Shown one piece after another: positions 42,086 through 50,674 of a stretch of DNA of 64,000 nt. Every line of letters starts with the position of its first letter. Position 1 is the first letter of the stretch. Below the pieces are notes generated by a model. It ran no database searches, was not told the DNA's origin, and saw only the letters and a program-made list of their open reading frames with translations. Source of the stretch: a virus (lineage: Duplodnaviria > Caudoviricetes); the IMG/VR virus record IMGVR_UViG_3300008111_000023, positions 12,183 to 76,182 of that record; one strand, given 5' to 3'. A program made the translations under genes and the position numbers.

Positions 42086-43404
42086 AATTGATAAAATTTT
42101 GTAAGTGCTGGAAAGATTTTATTAAAGTCAGTTCCTCGTCTAATATCATATTCAGTGATAAATGCTGCAAAGTCTTTTCTTAATTGTAATTCTTTGCTGT
42201 CAGTACCGTTCATATAGTCAAGCATACGACGCAACTGATCTATTTCACTTTCTGATAAATCAGGTCGTTCTATAATCAATGCTGTTACGTCTTTTGTAAA
42301 TTGTTGTTTACTAGAAGGGTCTAAAATAGTCAATGACAAGAATTCTGGATACCGTAAAAAGTTAGTCATAAACTGAACTTTGTTAAATGTAGCATTCTTG
42401 TTATAATGCTTACGTAGGTCTAGCAAGTATCGTATAAAATCACAATAGGTTGTAATACTAGTTAAGTTAACAGTGGTCATTACAGCAACAATGTTATTGG
42501 TATTATCTAAAACTTTTTCCAAGTTTTTAGTCCATGCTGAATAATCTAATCCGTATCTAATATATTCAGCAGGAGCACCTACTGCTTCGCCGCTAGTAAA
42601 TATTTGTACTTCTTTAATATTTTTAGATATACTATTGAGCTTAGTGATCATTCGATCAACTAGTTCGTCTGGAATGCCTAAATTGGTATTAATAGCAAAT
42701 ACTAAATCAGATTTAGGATTAGCTTCGATGTCGTCAAGCATACGCCATACGTCTTTGCTTAACAGCGGCTCGCCGCCTGTAAGTCTAAGCGTTTCAAGTT
42801 TTTGGTATAGTTCCGGCCACCATTTCCAAAAAGCATCTACATAAGGATTAGGGTCACTATGTTTGATAGGCATTTTACCTACCTCTTTAAACCATCCAAA
42901 TCCGTTATACTTTTGACTAGTTGGATATTCCCCGTGCTTGGCAATTTCGTCATACCACTGGCTACTAAGGTCTGGGCTACAGTAAGCACATTTAAAATTA
43001 CAAACATTACTAAAACTAATTTCAACGTATGTAGGTTCTACGTCGGCTGTTTTATTTTTAACAACCTCGCCAATGTGAGGATACGCCCACGATGTAGCAC
43101 TTTTATAACTTCTATCACTAATGTGGCCGCTGTCCTCAGCAGTCCAACAATAGTCACACTCGCTCGGCCGAACACCGTCGAGCATTTTTTGCATTTGTTC
43201 TTTTTTATAATTAGTATTATGTAGAGCCTTGTAATTTTGCTCTAATTCGTCTAGCGGAATCTTATGTGGGGAAGGATGATGGCAGCTGTGATTAAACCCA
43301 TTTTGAAGATACAATGTTAATTGATACCATTTGGCTAAACAAAAGCTAGGACTAACAGCATTTAAGATTGGAATAACTTTTTGAAATTTTTCGTGTTCAC
43401 TCAT
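42070..43404 (-). CDS. Radical SAM enzyme with N-terminal Cys/His-rich domain
   Basis: CNFKCAYC, TGGEPLL, NTNL; N-terminal FCLAKW...SCHHP...CDYCW. Confidence 0.9.
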   Translation of the reverse strand: MSEHEKFQKVIPILNAVSPSFCLAKWYQLTLYLQNGFNHSCHHPSPHKIPLDELEQNYKALHNTNYKKEQMQKMLDGVRPSECDYCWTAEDSGHISDRSYKSATSWAYPHIGEVVKNKTADVEPTYVEISFSNVCNFKCAYCSPDLSSQWYDEIAKHGEYPTSQKYNGFGWFKEVGKMPIKHSDPNPYVDAFWKWWPELYQKLETLRLTGGEPLLSKDVWRMLDDIEANPKSDLVFAINTNLGIPDELVDRMITKLNSISKNIKEVQIFTSGEAVGAPAEYIRYGLDYSAWTKNLEKVLDNTNNIVAVMTTVNLTSITTYCDFIRYLLDLRKHYNKNATFNKVQFMTNFLRYPEFLSLTILDPSSKQQFTKDVTALIIERPDLSESEIDQLRRMLDYMNGTDSKELQLRKDFAAFITEYDIRRGTDFNKIFPALTKFYQLCQQT

Positions 43405-43527
43405 ATGATAATTGTTTTCATTTTATTATAACTTAGTCACGTAAATTGAGTGAGACTAATATCATCAATTAATTTTTTTTAGATGATTCGAAACCCTTAA
43501 AAAAGTATTCTTTTTGTTTCAACAGTC

Positions 43528-43836
43528 TTATTTAAAAAAGTCATTGGATTGATTTTGAATATCTTTCTTCAGTCTATCGACATCAATTTTAAAATCAATC
43601 TTTTTTATATCTTCTTTATATTCGGCAAAAGTTTCTACCAACCGATTGGCAACAATATCGCTATGACTACTAGCTAATTGTTCTTTGATATTGATTTCCC
43701 AAATCCTACCATTGCCAAATTCTAACCTAATTGTTTCTAGGTAATGAACTGGCATGGTATTCATATAAAGGTCTTCAAAAACTTCCGGCCACTCTTGTAT
43801 AAGATGTTTAGGCGGTTTGAATAACGGTTTAGGCAC
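43528..43836 (-). CDS. Hypothetical protein
   Basis: 102-aa ORF overlapping the upstream gene by 8 nt. Confidence 0.65.
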   Translation of the reverse strand: MPKPLFKPPKHLIQEWPEVFEDLYMNTMPVHYLETIRLEFGNGRIWEINIKEQLASSHSDIVANRLVETFAEYKEDIKKIDFKIDVDRLKKDIQNQSNDFFK

Positions 43837-44467
43837 TTTCAGCTTCTTTGGCCTTTGCCGCTTTCTTTTGTGGTGGATCTAAATCGTCTGCTTCTTTACG
43901 TAGACGTGCAGCTTCTTTATACATTGCATCTGCTTGACTACGATAGCTCTTGGCAATGTCTTTATCCGTTAGTACTTCGTTAGATGATGCCTTAAGCGGT
44001 ACTGCTTTCTCTGGTTGTTGTGGTGAAAGATCTTTAACTTTGACTAGTTCTTCAGGTTGATCTTTTGGAGCTCCTGCCACAAATGTGCATAGGTCATCAA
44101 CAGCACAATTCTTTTGTTCAGCAATTAATCCATTAAGTTGATGCAACGGAATCTCACTACCTGGGGACGGACTCATAATAACATCGTCAGTTGGCACTTT
44201 AGCCAGTCGTCCGTCTGCTCTTAGAGCTTGCAGCATTGGTCTACCGTCAGCAAACGATCTAGTAAATAATACTTCTCCTAGTTCAAATGCAGCTTGTGCT
44301 TCGTTGGTCTCGACAAGTTTCATGATATTGTCATGATATTCGTCTGGTAAACTGGCAACAGGAATAACTAATGCTTGATTAGATTCGCCTGGTAATGTTC
44401 TGAAAGCCACAAGAACTTTTGAACCTGCTTTTTTCATCTTTCCTACATGTTTTAATGATTTCATCAC
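43829..44467 (-). CDS. Hypothetical protein with C-terminal coiled coil
   Basis: 212 aa; AKSYRSQADAMYKEAARLRKEADDL helix. Confidence 0.75.
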   Translation of the reverse strand: MMKSLKHVGKMKKAGSKVLVAFRTLPGESNQALVIPVASLPDEYHDNIMKLVETNEAQAAFELGEVLFTRSFADGRPMLQALRADGRLAKVPTDDVIMSPSPGSEIPLHQLNGLIAEQKNCAVDDLCTFVAGAPKDQPEELVKVKDLSPQQPEKAVPLKASSNEVLTDKDIAKSYRSQADAMYKEAARLRKEADDLDPPQKKAAKAKEAESA

Positions 44468-44685
44468 TGATCCTTTTTAGAAACAGCCTCTAAGAAAGTG
44501 TTGAGTTTGTTATAAATCTTACCAACGGCTTCTAGTTCGGCTGCTTTGAACGCTCCACGCTGACTAGCTACATCTAAAATACTTCTTAATGCGGCTAGGT
44601 CATTAATATTTAAATCGGGTGCTGCTGCCTGTGTCTCTGGTTGAGCGGCTGGTGCCGCCTCTGGTGCTTTAATTTCTTCAGTCAT
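44464..44685 (-). CDS. Hypothetical small protein
   Basis: Start moved to MTEEIK (44685), which has an AAGGAG RBS; LNINDL...DVASQRGAFKAAE. Confidence 0.7.
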   Translation of the reverse strand: MTEEIKAPEAAPAAQPETQAAAPDLNINDLAALRSILDVASQRGAFKAAELEAVGKIYNKLNTFLEAVSKKDQ

Positions 44686-44957
44686 GTGTTTCTCCTTATA
44701 TGTGGACATGCTAACATAAAATAAGTTAGCTCTTTATGATCTTCAAATCCTACAAAAGTAGCAGTCTTTAATTTCCCATCTTGAGAAATAGTTGGCTGAC
44801 GCTTTACATAGTATCTTCCTGCTAGTTTGGATTTGATCCAAGTTTCAACTTCAGTACCAAACAGGTCTCCGTCTGCAAGTTTAATTTTTGCAAATTGAGG
44901 AGCCACAAAATTAACTTCTCTGTGGCCTAAGATGTCAAGAGCATTAAGTTTTAACAT
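44682..44957 (-). CDS. Hypothetical protein
   Basis: 91 aa; TAAATA sits 5 nt upstream of the ATG. Confidence 0.7.
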   Translation of the reverse strand: MLKLNALDILGHREVNFVAPQFAKIKLADGDLFGTEVETWIKSKLAGRYYVKRQPTISQDGKLKTATFVGFEDHKELTYFMLACPHIRRNT

Positions 44958-44962
44958 AGTGA

Positions 44963-44968
44963 TATTTA
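44963..44968 (-). promoter_or_regulatory. Putative late promoter (TAAATA), possibly giving a leaderless mRNA
   Basis: TAAATA-tcact-ATG with no SD sequence. Confidence 0.45.
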
Positions 44969-44981
44969 ATAGAATTATTTT

Positions 44982-45380
44982 TTAGTTAGAGGATTCTTGG
45001 CTTAATCTTTTGTTAAGTGCTTTTGCTGCACCCATTTTTCTAACATCGCCTGCAAACAGATACAGTTCAAATGCCGCTTTTTCAGATAATACTCTAATAT
45101 ATCTTTTTTGTAAATGAAAAGGAGAATCTAGATATTGATCGAGCCAAACTAACACTTGTGGCCCAATAGTTAGGTCTTTCGGAAGTTCAATTTTGTAGGT
45201 TTTAATTTCAGAATGTGTCTCTACAAATTCTAAACATTGATCGGTCATCCGTAAGCCGCCAACATCTTTGCCTCTTGTACTGAACCACCAAGCAGCACGG
45301 AATTTTTTTGCATATGCAGCATCGTGCGGTTGTCCTGCGGCTTTGAGGAATACCGAAGTATAGGTATCCTTACGGTCCAT
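44982..45380 (-). CDS. Hypothetical protein
   Basis: 132 aa; WW...R....GGLRMT motif. Confidence 0.7.
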   Translation of the reverse strand: MDRKDTYTSVFLKAAGQPHDAAYAKKFRAAWWFSTRGKDVGGLRMTDQCLEFVETHSEIKTYKIELPKDLTIGPQVLVWLDQYLDSPFHLQKRYIRVLSEKAAFELYLFAGDVRKMGAAKALNKRLSQESSN

Positions 45381-45383
45381 ATA

Positions 45384-45668
45384 TTACTCTATTTTTTCAC
45401 CTTGGCTTAGTTTATAAACTGCAAAGTCTTTAGTCTTAAAAAGTCTATTAAGTTTTTTTGCAAGGTTGTGTGCATGGCCGGGATTACTAAATGAGACCTT
45501 CTTGTATTTAGGACCTGGATAGCTAGCAACGAGACTACCACTCTTTAAATTGAATGGAGACTCTTTATAAAACACAGCCCAAATGGCATCACTTTCAAGT
45601 ATTTGTTCAATCTTAAAAGTGTCTTTGTTTGCATGTTCAAGTATAACTTTGGGTTTCGGTCTGCTCAT
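45384..45668 (-). CDS. Hypothetical basic protein
   Basis: 94 aa; MSRPKP...YPGPKYKKVSFSNPGHAHNLAKKLN; AGGA RBS. Confidence 0.75.
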   Translation of the reverse strand: MSRPKPKVILEHANKDTFKIEQILESDAIWAVFYKESPFNLKSGSLVASYPGPKYKKVSFSNPGHAHNLAKKLNRLFKTKDFAVYKLSQGEKIE

Positions 45669-45670
45669 TA

Positions 45671-45704
45671 ATACGTGTTTCCTAATTAACCACGTATATA
45701 TTTA
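45671..45704 (-). promoter_or_regulatory. Late promoter TAAATA (45699-45704) followed by a hairpin enclosing the RBS
   Basis: Minus strand reads TAAATAt-ATACGTG-gttaattAGGAaa-CACGTAT-ta-ATG; 7-bp perfect inverted repeat. Confidence 0.5.
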
Positions 45705-45959
45705 TCAAGAACCGAAGCCGCCCCCGTCGAACTTAACGTCAATCCTAGTAGTAGATTCACGTATTTCTGCCAGCATTTGATGTATCTCTTGAACTGTGCG
45801 CCCTAGTTTACTGGTTAAAATAGCCAATTCAGCAGTTAAATCACGTGCCTCTTGTATAGATAGTCTAATATCTTTCTGTTGACTGCGTTCTGCTGTTGCA
45901 ACTCTAGTAAGCAGTTTTTCTACACTAGGTAAATTAGTAGGTAAATTATTTTGAGACAT
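45705..45959 (-). CDS. Hypothetical protein (coiled coil)
   Basis: Start at MSQNN (45959) preferred; ends in DGGGF. Confidence 0.7.
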   Translation of the reverse strand: MSQNNLPTNLPSVEKLLTRVATAERSQQKDIRLSIQEARDLTAELAILTSKLGRTVQEIHQMLAEIRESTTRIDVKFDGGGFGS

Positions 45960-46422
45960 TTGACAATACCTGCCGCATCTCAAACTCAGTTTTAAAAGGA
46001 CCTTGATATGAGTATCTTTGCAAAGTGATCAATTTGGGACAAAAACTTTTAACCCAACCTTTGTCAAATTTAATTACATAAAACCCTGCACAATACAAAC
46101 TCTTACTATCACCGCTCTTTGTAAATAACGGCAATTTTCTTTTAATGTCGAACATTGCATTATGCGGAGTTGTGCTAGTTGCATAGCCGTGAACTTCATT
46201 GGGTTCGGCACCATCAGCTTCTTTAACAATTTTAGCAACAAAGAAATTCTTACCAAACTGTCGAGTTAGACTTTCTTTATTGTCATAAATTTTAATTCCT
46301 AGTTCGTTGCTAAGAACAAATCGATTGTCTTCGTTCTTTCTCAGTGTGGCAAACTTTGTACCGTCTTTCTCAACGATCCAAAATTTATTTTCAATGATTG
46401 GTTTAGCATGTAAATCGGTCAT
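45946..46422 (-). CDS. Hypothetical protein
   Basis: 158 aa; GAGG RBS; coupled to the RNase H gene. Confidence 0.75.
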   Translation of the reverse strand: MTDLHAKPIIENKFWIVEKDGTKFATLRKNEDNRFVLSNELGIKIYDNKESLTRQFGKNFFVAKIVKEADGAEPNEVHGYATSTTPHNAMFDIKRKLPLFTKSGDSKSLYCAGFYVIKFDKGWVKSFCPKLITLQRYSYQGPFKTEFEMRQVLSNVSK

Positions 46423-47405
46423 AGTGTGTACCTCGCATTAAGTGGCTCAGCATAAGCCTGTGCCTGATCTGCAATCTTCTTAAGATCATAAAGATTACAA
46501 AATTTCATTAATCTAATTCCAACCTGACTGACATTTTTATTTGCCTGTGTTGCGGCAGTAATTGTGTCTGTCATAATCTGTCGAATATCATCTGGTTGAG
46601 CAGTTAGGTCAATCAGTTGCCGATTGCGCTCGTAATCTTCTTTAACTCTGTGTTCTTTACCTTCATGGTCGGTCCAACGCTGAAGCATCATATTGTTCCA
46701 ATTGAACCCTTTTGTGTCTCGATCGCCAAAGGCTTCACGGAGACCAATCTTATTCTTTGTGCCTTTTTCACGTACTCCCGGATATGCAGAAAAGACGTTG
46801 TCTGAGGTATCGCCTCGCATACACTTCTCAAAGAGTAGCCATTGCGGGTCTGGAGCCGCTTTGACTTCTTGAGTCTTTTTATCAATGACGGGCTTATTCT
46901 TTTTATCAAAGTAGCCTTCGTGCGTGATCGTGATTTCTGTGACGCCATTATATTGTTTTACGTTTGGAGCAATAAGTTGTACAAAATCTGTGTCGGTTGA
47001 AATAATTACATGATTATCGCTAGGATGACTCTGAATCCACCCTGCAATCAAATCATCTGCTTCAAGCCTAGGATGTTGCAATACTGAGCAGTTAGTCTTT
47101 TCAGTCACAAAATCTTTAAATGTATCAAATGCTTCCCAAAACACACGTTCTTCTTCTGCTTCACGTTCTGTATGTGCGGCACGAGCATCACTACGTTGTC
47201 GCTTATACGGAGCATAGTAATCTTTGCGCCACGAGCGACCTTCTAAAAAGAATACCACGTGTGTACCGCCAAAGTCTTGCCATGCTTTCTTAATTGAATT
47301 AAGAGTAATGTGAAAAGCCATGCCTAACTTAATATCAGCATCACCGTTGATAACGTGCCTAGCACGGAAAAATGTATTAGCAGTATCAACTAGAATATAT
47401 GTCAT
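46419..47405 (-). CDS. rnh: T4-type RNase H / 5'-3' exonuclease (FEN family)
   Basis: ILVDTAN, SWRKDYYAPYKRQR, EADDLIA, ISTDTDFVQL, GDTSDNV motifs. Confidence 0.9.
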   Translation of the reverse strand: MTYILVDTANTFFRARHVINGDADIKLGMAFHITLNSIKKAWQDFGGTHVVFFLEGRSWRKDYYAPYKRQRSDARAAHTEREAEEERVFWEAFDTFKDFVTEKTNCSVLQHPRLEADDLIAGWIQSHPSDNHVIISTDTDFVQLIAPNVKQYNGVTEITITHEGYFDKKNKPVIDKKTQEVKAAPDPQWLLFEKCMRGDTSDNVFSAYPGVREKGTKNKIGLREAFGDRDTKGFNWNNMMLQRWTDHEGKEHRVKEDYERNRQLIDLTAQPDDIRQIMTDTITAATQANKNVSQVGIRLMKFCNLYDLKKIADQAQAYAEPLNARYTL

Positions 47406-47854
47406 AGATTATTTTTTCTAACAGAATTAATATCAATAACGCCGGTATTAACAGCGCCTCCAAAATCTCCGTCAACTACCACATTAGCGCAGAGTTCACG
47501 AAACCAACGGTCTACAATTTCTTCGTCTTTATCACCGTCGAAACCGTATCCTTCTTGCTTTAATTTTAACACAAATTGCTCATTCCAGTCAAGCTCAAAA
47601 AACCCATTGCGTACATTGTCTTTATTGATATGAGTGTTAAGAACACCTACCCAGGGTTCTTTCAATTTAGTTGCACGATCTTTTGGGTTTAATTTAGCAA
47701 GTTCTTCAGAAGTTTTAGCACGTTCTGCAGCCTCTACAGCATCTTTAGCAATCTTTGTTGATTCTTCAGCTAACTTTACTGCGGCTTCAGTTTCTGCTTT
47801 GAGTTTATCAATACCAAATAATTTTTCTATAAATCGTTTCATTATGTTCCCCAC
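47402..47854 (-). CDS. Hypothetical protein
   Basis: 150 aa; EPWV.V...NGFFELDWNEQF...DEEIVDRWF. Confidence 0.75.
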   Translation of the reverse strand: MGNIMKRFIEKLFGIDKLKAETEAAVKLAEESTKIAKDAVEAAERAKTSEELAKLNPKDRATKLKEPWVGVLNTHINKDNVRNGFFELDWNEQFVLKLKQEGYGFDGDKDEEIVDRWFRELCANVVVDGDFGGAVNTGVIDINSVRKNNL

Positions 47855-48690
47855 TCATTTTTAAACAATGGTACCTGCAATCTGTCACTGTATCGCAATC
47901 CATTCTTCATAGCTAAGTCTGCCACTGTGCGATTGTTTAATGCGTAGACACTTTCAACACCGCCTACTGGCATTAAGTAGACATGTCCTTTAAATCCTGC
48001 TTTACGATAAGCGGCAATAGCACACTCTGCATCTGCAAAGTCTTGTTCTGTGGCAATAACAAATTTCAAGTATGCTGTGCCAATTTGTTCGTATTCGCAA
48101 ACTACTTCTGGAAGAATTGCTTCCTCCCACTTCTCACCACTGCACGGCAGTTTAGCACTTACTGAAAATGTAATTTCTCTATAAAAATCTAAGTTAGGCA
48201 TTTGCCACTCTAACAAATATTCTTTAAACTCTTCTGTTAGTTTTTGAGTACCGTTTGTTTCAAATGTAATTTCTTTTAAGCCAGCCATTTTAGGATGACG
48301 CAACAAGTCAGGATAAGCACGTTGCCACCCCAACAAGGGTTCACCGCCTGTAATAACTAGATGCTCATCTTGCCAAGTATTATGTGGAATAATTTCCATA
48401 ATACGATCTACAATAGCTTCACTTGTAAGCATTGGGCTTAGATCTTTAAAGCGTGGATCCCAACTAGCATAGCTATCACATCCTGTACTAACCAACGGCA
48501 ACATTTTGTAGTCGTTGTATTTTGCTGGATCGATGTCATTTGCTTCTTGACTTAGCTCGCCTCTCAACATGCCAAATCCTTGACATTTAAAATTACATCC
48601 AAATGTACGTAAGAAAACAGAAGGCACACCCATATAGCGTCCTTCACCTTGAATGCTGTAAAACAGCTCTGCGATTTTAATTTTGCTCAT
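47842..48690 (-). CDS. queE: 7-carboxy-7-deazaguanine synthase QueE (radical SAM)
   Basis: IAELFYSIQGEG..MGVPSVFLRTFGCNFKC...(insertion)...GCDS, ITGGEPLL, FETNGT, SVSAKL, YLMP, RLQ. Confidence 0.9.
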   Translation of the reverse strand: MSKIKIAELFYSIQGEGRYMGVPSVFLRTFGCNFKCQGFGMLRGELSQEANDIDPAKYNDYKMLPLVSTGCDSYASWDPRFKDLSPMLTSEAIVDRIMEIIPHNTWQDEHLVITGGEPLLGWQRAYPDLLRHPKMAGLKEITFETNGTQKLTEEFKEYLLEWQMPNLDFYREITFSVSAKLPCSGEKWEEAILPEVVCEYEQIGTAYLKFVIATEQDFADAECAIAAYRKAGFKGHVYLMPVGGVESVYALNNRTVADLAMKNGLRYSDRLQVPLFKNEWGT

Positions 48691-48695
48691 AATAT

Positions 48696-48725
48696 ATTAT
48701 ACACTCTTTTCACTATTGGTGTCAA
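48696..48725 (-). promoter_or_regulatory. Sigma70-type promoter for queE
   Basis: TTGACA-N18-TATAAT with both hexamers perfect; the ATG follows after 5 nt. Confidence 0.7.
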
Positions 48726-48879
48726 CCTTTTTCAAAAGCCAACTACCGTCTTTTTGGTCAATCCATGTGATGTTATCACCTTCTTTCCATCCTGCTTGTT
48801 CTAGCAGTTCTGGAGGAAAGCATAATATGTAATCTCCAGTTTTGGGATCTTCTTCTACGTTAAGTGTCCAGCTTTTCAA
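48697..48879 (-). CDS. AbrB/MazE-like small DNA-binding protein
   Basis: TTG start with AGGAG RBS; GDYILCFPPELLEQAGWKEGDNITW....GSWLLKK fits the swapped-hairpin pattern. Confidence 0.6.
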   Translation of the reverse strand: MKSWTLNVEEDPKTGDYILCFPPELLEQAGWKEGDNITWIDQKDGSWLLKKVDTNSEKSV

Positions 48880-49381
48880 TTTCAACTCCTGATTTTTTGA
48901 GGAATTCAACCCCTGCATCATCTCTATAGTTTTCACCATAGTAAACACGACTAATGCCAGACTGATATATAAGTTTAGCGCATTCAATACAGGGGGCATG
49001 AGTGATAAAAATATCAGCGCCGTCTCCACTGTCATTGGACTTCGCTAATTTTGCAATAGCGTTTGATTCAGCATGGAGTACCTCTGGTTTGGTTTTTAAA
49101 GCATACCGTCTAGCATATCCTATGTCAGGATCAAAGTCTTCCTCTTCAAATGGCCAGCGTTCTTCAATTTCGTCAGGATTCAACCATCCACCTGCATCTC
49201 CGCTCATATATTCTTTATCTTCGCAGTTGTTGTCCCAACCTGCCGGCATACCATTATAACCGATACTAATGATTCTATCATCCTTGACCACAATCGCACC
49301 CACATGTAATCTGCGAGCATGACTAAGCTCTGCAAATCTTGCGGCCACATCCATGTAGGTTTTTTTAAACCGAGATTTCAT
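48860..49381 (-). CDS. dCMP deaminase
   Basis: VGAIVVKD.RIISIGYNG.P, HAESNAI, THAPCIECAKLI.QSGI. Confidence 0.92.
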   Translation of the reverse strand: MKSRFKKTYMDVAARFAELSHARRLHVGAIVVKDDRIISIGYNGMPAGWDNNCEDKEYMSGDAGGWLNPDEIEERWPFEEEDFDPDIGYARRYALKTKPEVLHAESNAIAKLAKSNDSGDGADIFITHAPCIECAKLIYQSGISRVYYGENYRDDAGVEFLKKSGVEIEKLDT

Positions 49382-49562
49382 TGTTTCTCTTTTGATCTAT
49401 TTGTCTACGTTTACGACATTCTTCTTTGACTGAGTTAGGAATATCAGGATGCCATTCTGCCATCCCACAATCATATATCCGATATTCTGGCATCTCTACT
49501 TGTGAAAGTACAATAATCCAAATAGCACAGGCAACTATAAATCCTACAACATATTTGATCAC
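49365..49562 (-). CDS. Small membrane-anchored hypothetical protein
   Basis: N-terminal hydrophobic helix, then YDC.MAEWHPDIP..VKEECR. Confidence 0.6.
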   Translation of the reverse strand: MIKYVVGFIVACAIWIIVLSQVEMPEYRIYDCGMAEWHPDIPNSVKEECRKRRQIDQKRNNEISV

Positions 49563-49762
49563 AATCTATCACTCACTAATATTTTACACATAAAAGCATC
49601 TTGTTCATTCTCAAAATGAAAGCACATGAAATTCTCATTAAGCTCGGTTGTGTATCTATGACCGGGTAATCCAAAGTGTTCTAAAATTGTAGCGCAAGTT
49701 TCATTCCACCAAATGTTTGGCTGGTTGTCCCACGGAACGGTAATTGTTCTTAAGTTAGACAC
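49559..49762 (-). CDS. Hypothetical protein
   Basis: 67 aa; AGGA RBS, GTG start. Confidence 0.6.
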   Translation of the reverse strand: MSNLRTITVPWDNQPNIWWNETCATILEHFGLPGHRYTTELNENFMCFHFENEQDAFMCKILVSDRL

Positions 49763-49772
49763 AATATCCTAC

Positions 49773-50150
49773 TCATTTTTTATAATTGCCTTTTTCTGGA
49801 ATGACATGCCTAACACCACCTCTGGGGTCTTCCATATCGCCTTTTCTTCGTGGGATCAAATGTATATGAGGATACATTACAGTTTGACCTGCTGCTTCGC
49901 CCCAATTAAGACCAATATTGAATCCGTCACACTCGCCTTTCTCAATCATATCTTTTCCAACACTAAGCGCATCATTAAAGCAGTCGGTAATAACTCCGTC
50001 TGCTGCATACTGTGGAACAAATAGTAGATGTCCGTCTGTAACAGGGTACTTATCTTTAAAGACTTTAACATGGAAGTCTTCTCGAACTAGATCTGTCCAC
50101 GGTGCAATACCAGCAGCTTCGGCCTCTTCTAATACATATTCTTTTTTCAC
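49773..50150 (-). CDS. HIT-family nucleotide hydrolase
   Basis: DKYPVTDGHLLFVP, GFNIGLN.GEAAGQTV.YPHIHLIPRR.GD. Confidence 0.9.
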   Translation of the reverse strand: MKKEYVLEEAEAAGIAPWTDLVREDFHVKVFKDKYPVTDGHLLFVPQYAADGVITDCFNDALSVGKDMIEKGECDGFNIGLNWGEAAGQTVMYPHIHLIPRRKGDMEDPRGGVRHVIPEKGNYKK

Positions 50151-50674
50151 TTAGTCCACCATTCTTCAAAGGGAAATTCGATCCATACAGGATTTTCTGC
50201 TTTGTTAATTTCTTCACCTACAAAATCCATTTTAACTTTAGACTCACTAGCAAGATTATCAAATATAGTGGCAAACCTTACATTTTGATTCCATATTTCA
50301 TCAAGCCATCTTTCGGCGTCGGGTAAGCAACTACTTTGCCAGTCGTTTAAAATCCAATTGATAGTTGCACCGCTATCGTTAATGTCGTCGACAATTAAGA
50401 TATTAGGAGTGGGAATATCTGGGTCATATCCAAATGCATCCTCTGCCATCCATAGATTGCTTTCGGTGGCATGTTCTCCGCCGTTATCTCTAAGACTTAC
50501 TTTTAGTGTTTCGCAGGGAACATTAAAATACTGACTGATCATAACAGCGGGCAATAGACCTCCTCGGGTAATACCTACTATATAATCCGGACGCCAATTA
50601 CTTAAAGAAATATCTCTACAAATGTTTGCTACTAGACCTTGAAACTCTGTCCAACTTACTTTACGTTTTTCCAT
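50147..50674 (-). CDS. Purine phosphoribosyltransferase (Gpt-like, type I PRTase)
   Basis: IVGITRGGLLPA, ILIVDDINDSGAT (PRPP loop), WIEFPFE C-terminus. Confidence 0.88.
   Translation of the reverse strand: MEKRKVSWTEFQGLVANICRDISLSNWRPDYIVGITRGGLLPAVMISQYFNVPCETLKVSLRDNGGEHATESNLWMAEDAFGYDPDIPTPNILIVDDINDSGATINWILNDWQSSCLPDAERWLDEIWNQNVRFATIFDNLASESKVKMDFVGEEINKAENPVWIEFPFEEWWTK

Noticed and set aside
43405-43527. Possible RiPP precursor peptide or regulatory hairpin upstream of the rSAM operon
   Set aside because: There is no convincing small ORF with an RBS, only an imperfect TTAGTC/GACTAA inverted repeat and an isolated TATAAT without a clear -35.
47842-48690. Alternative call as the anaerobic RNR activase NrdG
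   Set aside because: The SIQGEG, ETNGT and SxK motifs and the folE/dpdA context favour QueE, and no nrdD is nearby.
48880-49035. Hydrophobic N-terminal extension of the 112-aa ORF 48697-49035
   Set aside because: It overlaps dCMP deaminase in another frame; a TTG start at 48879 with AGGAG explains the real gene.
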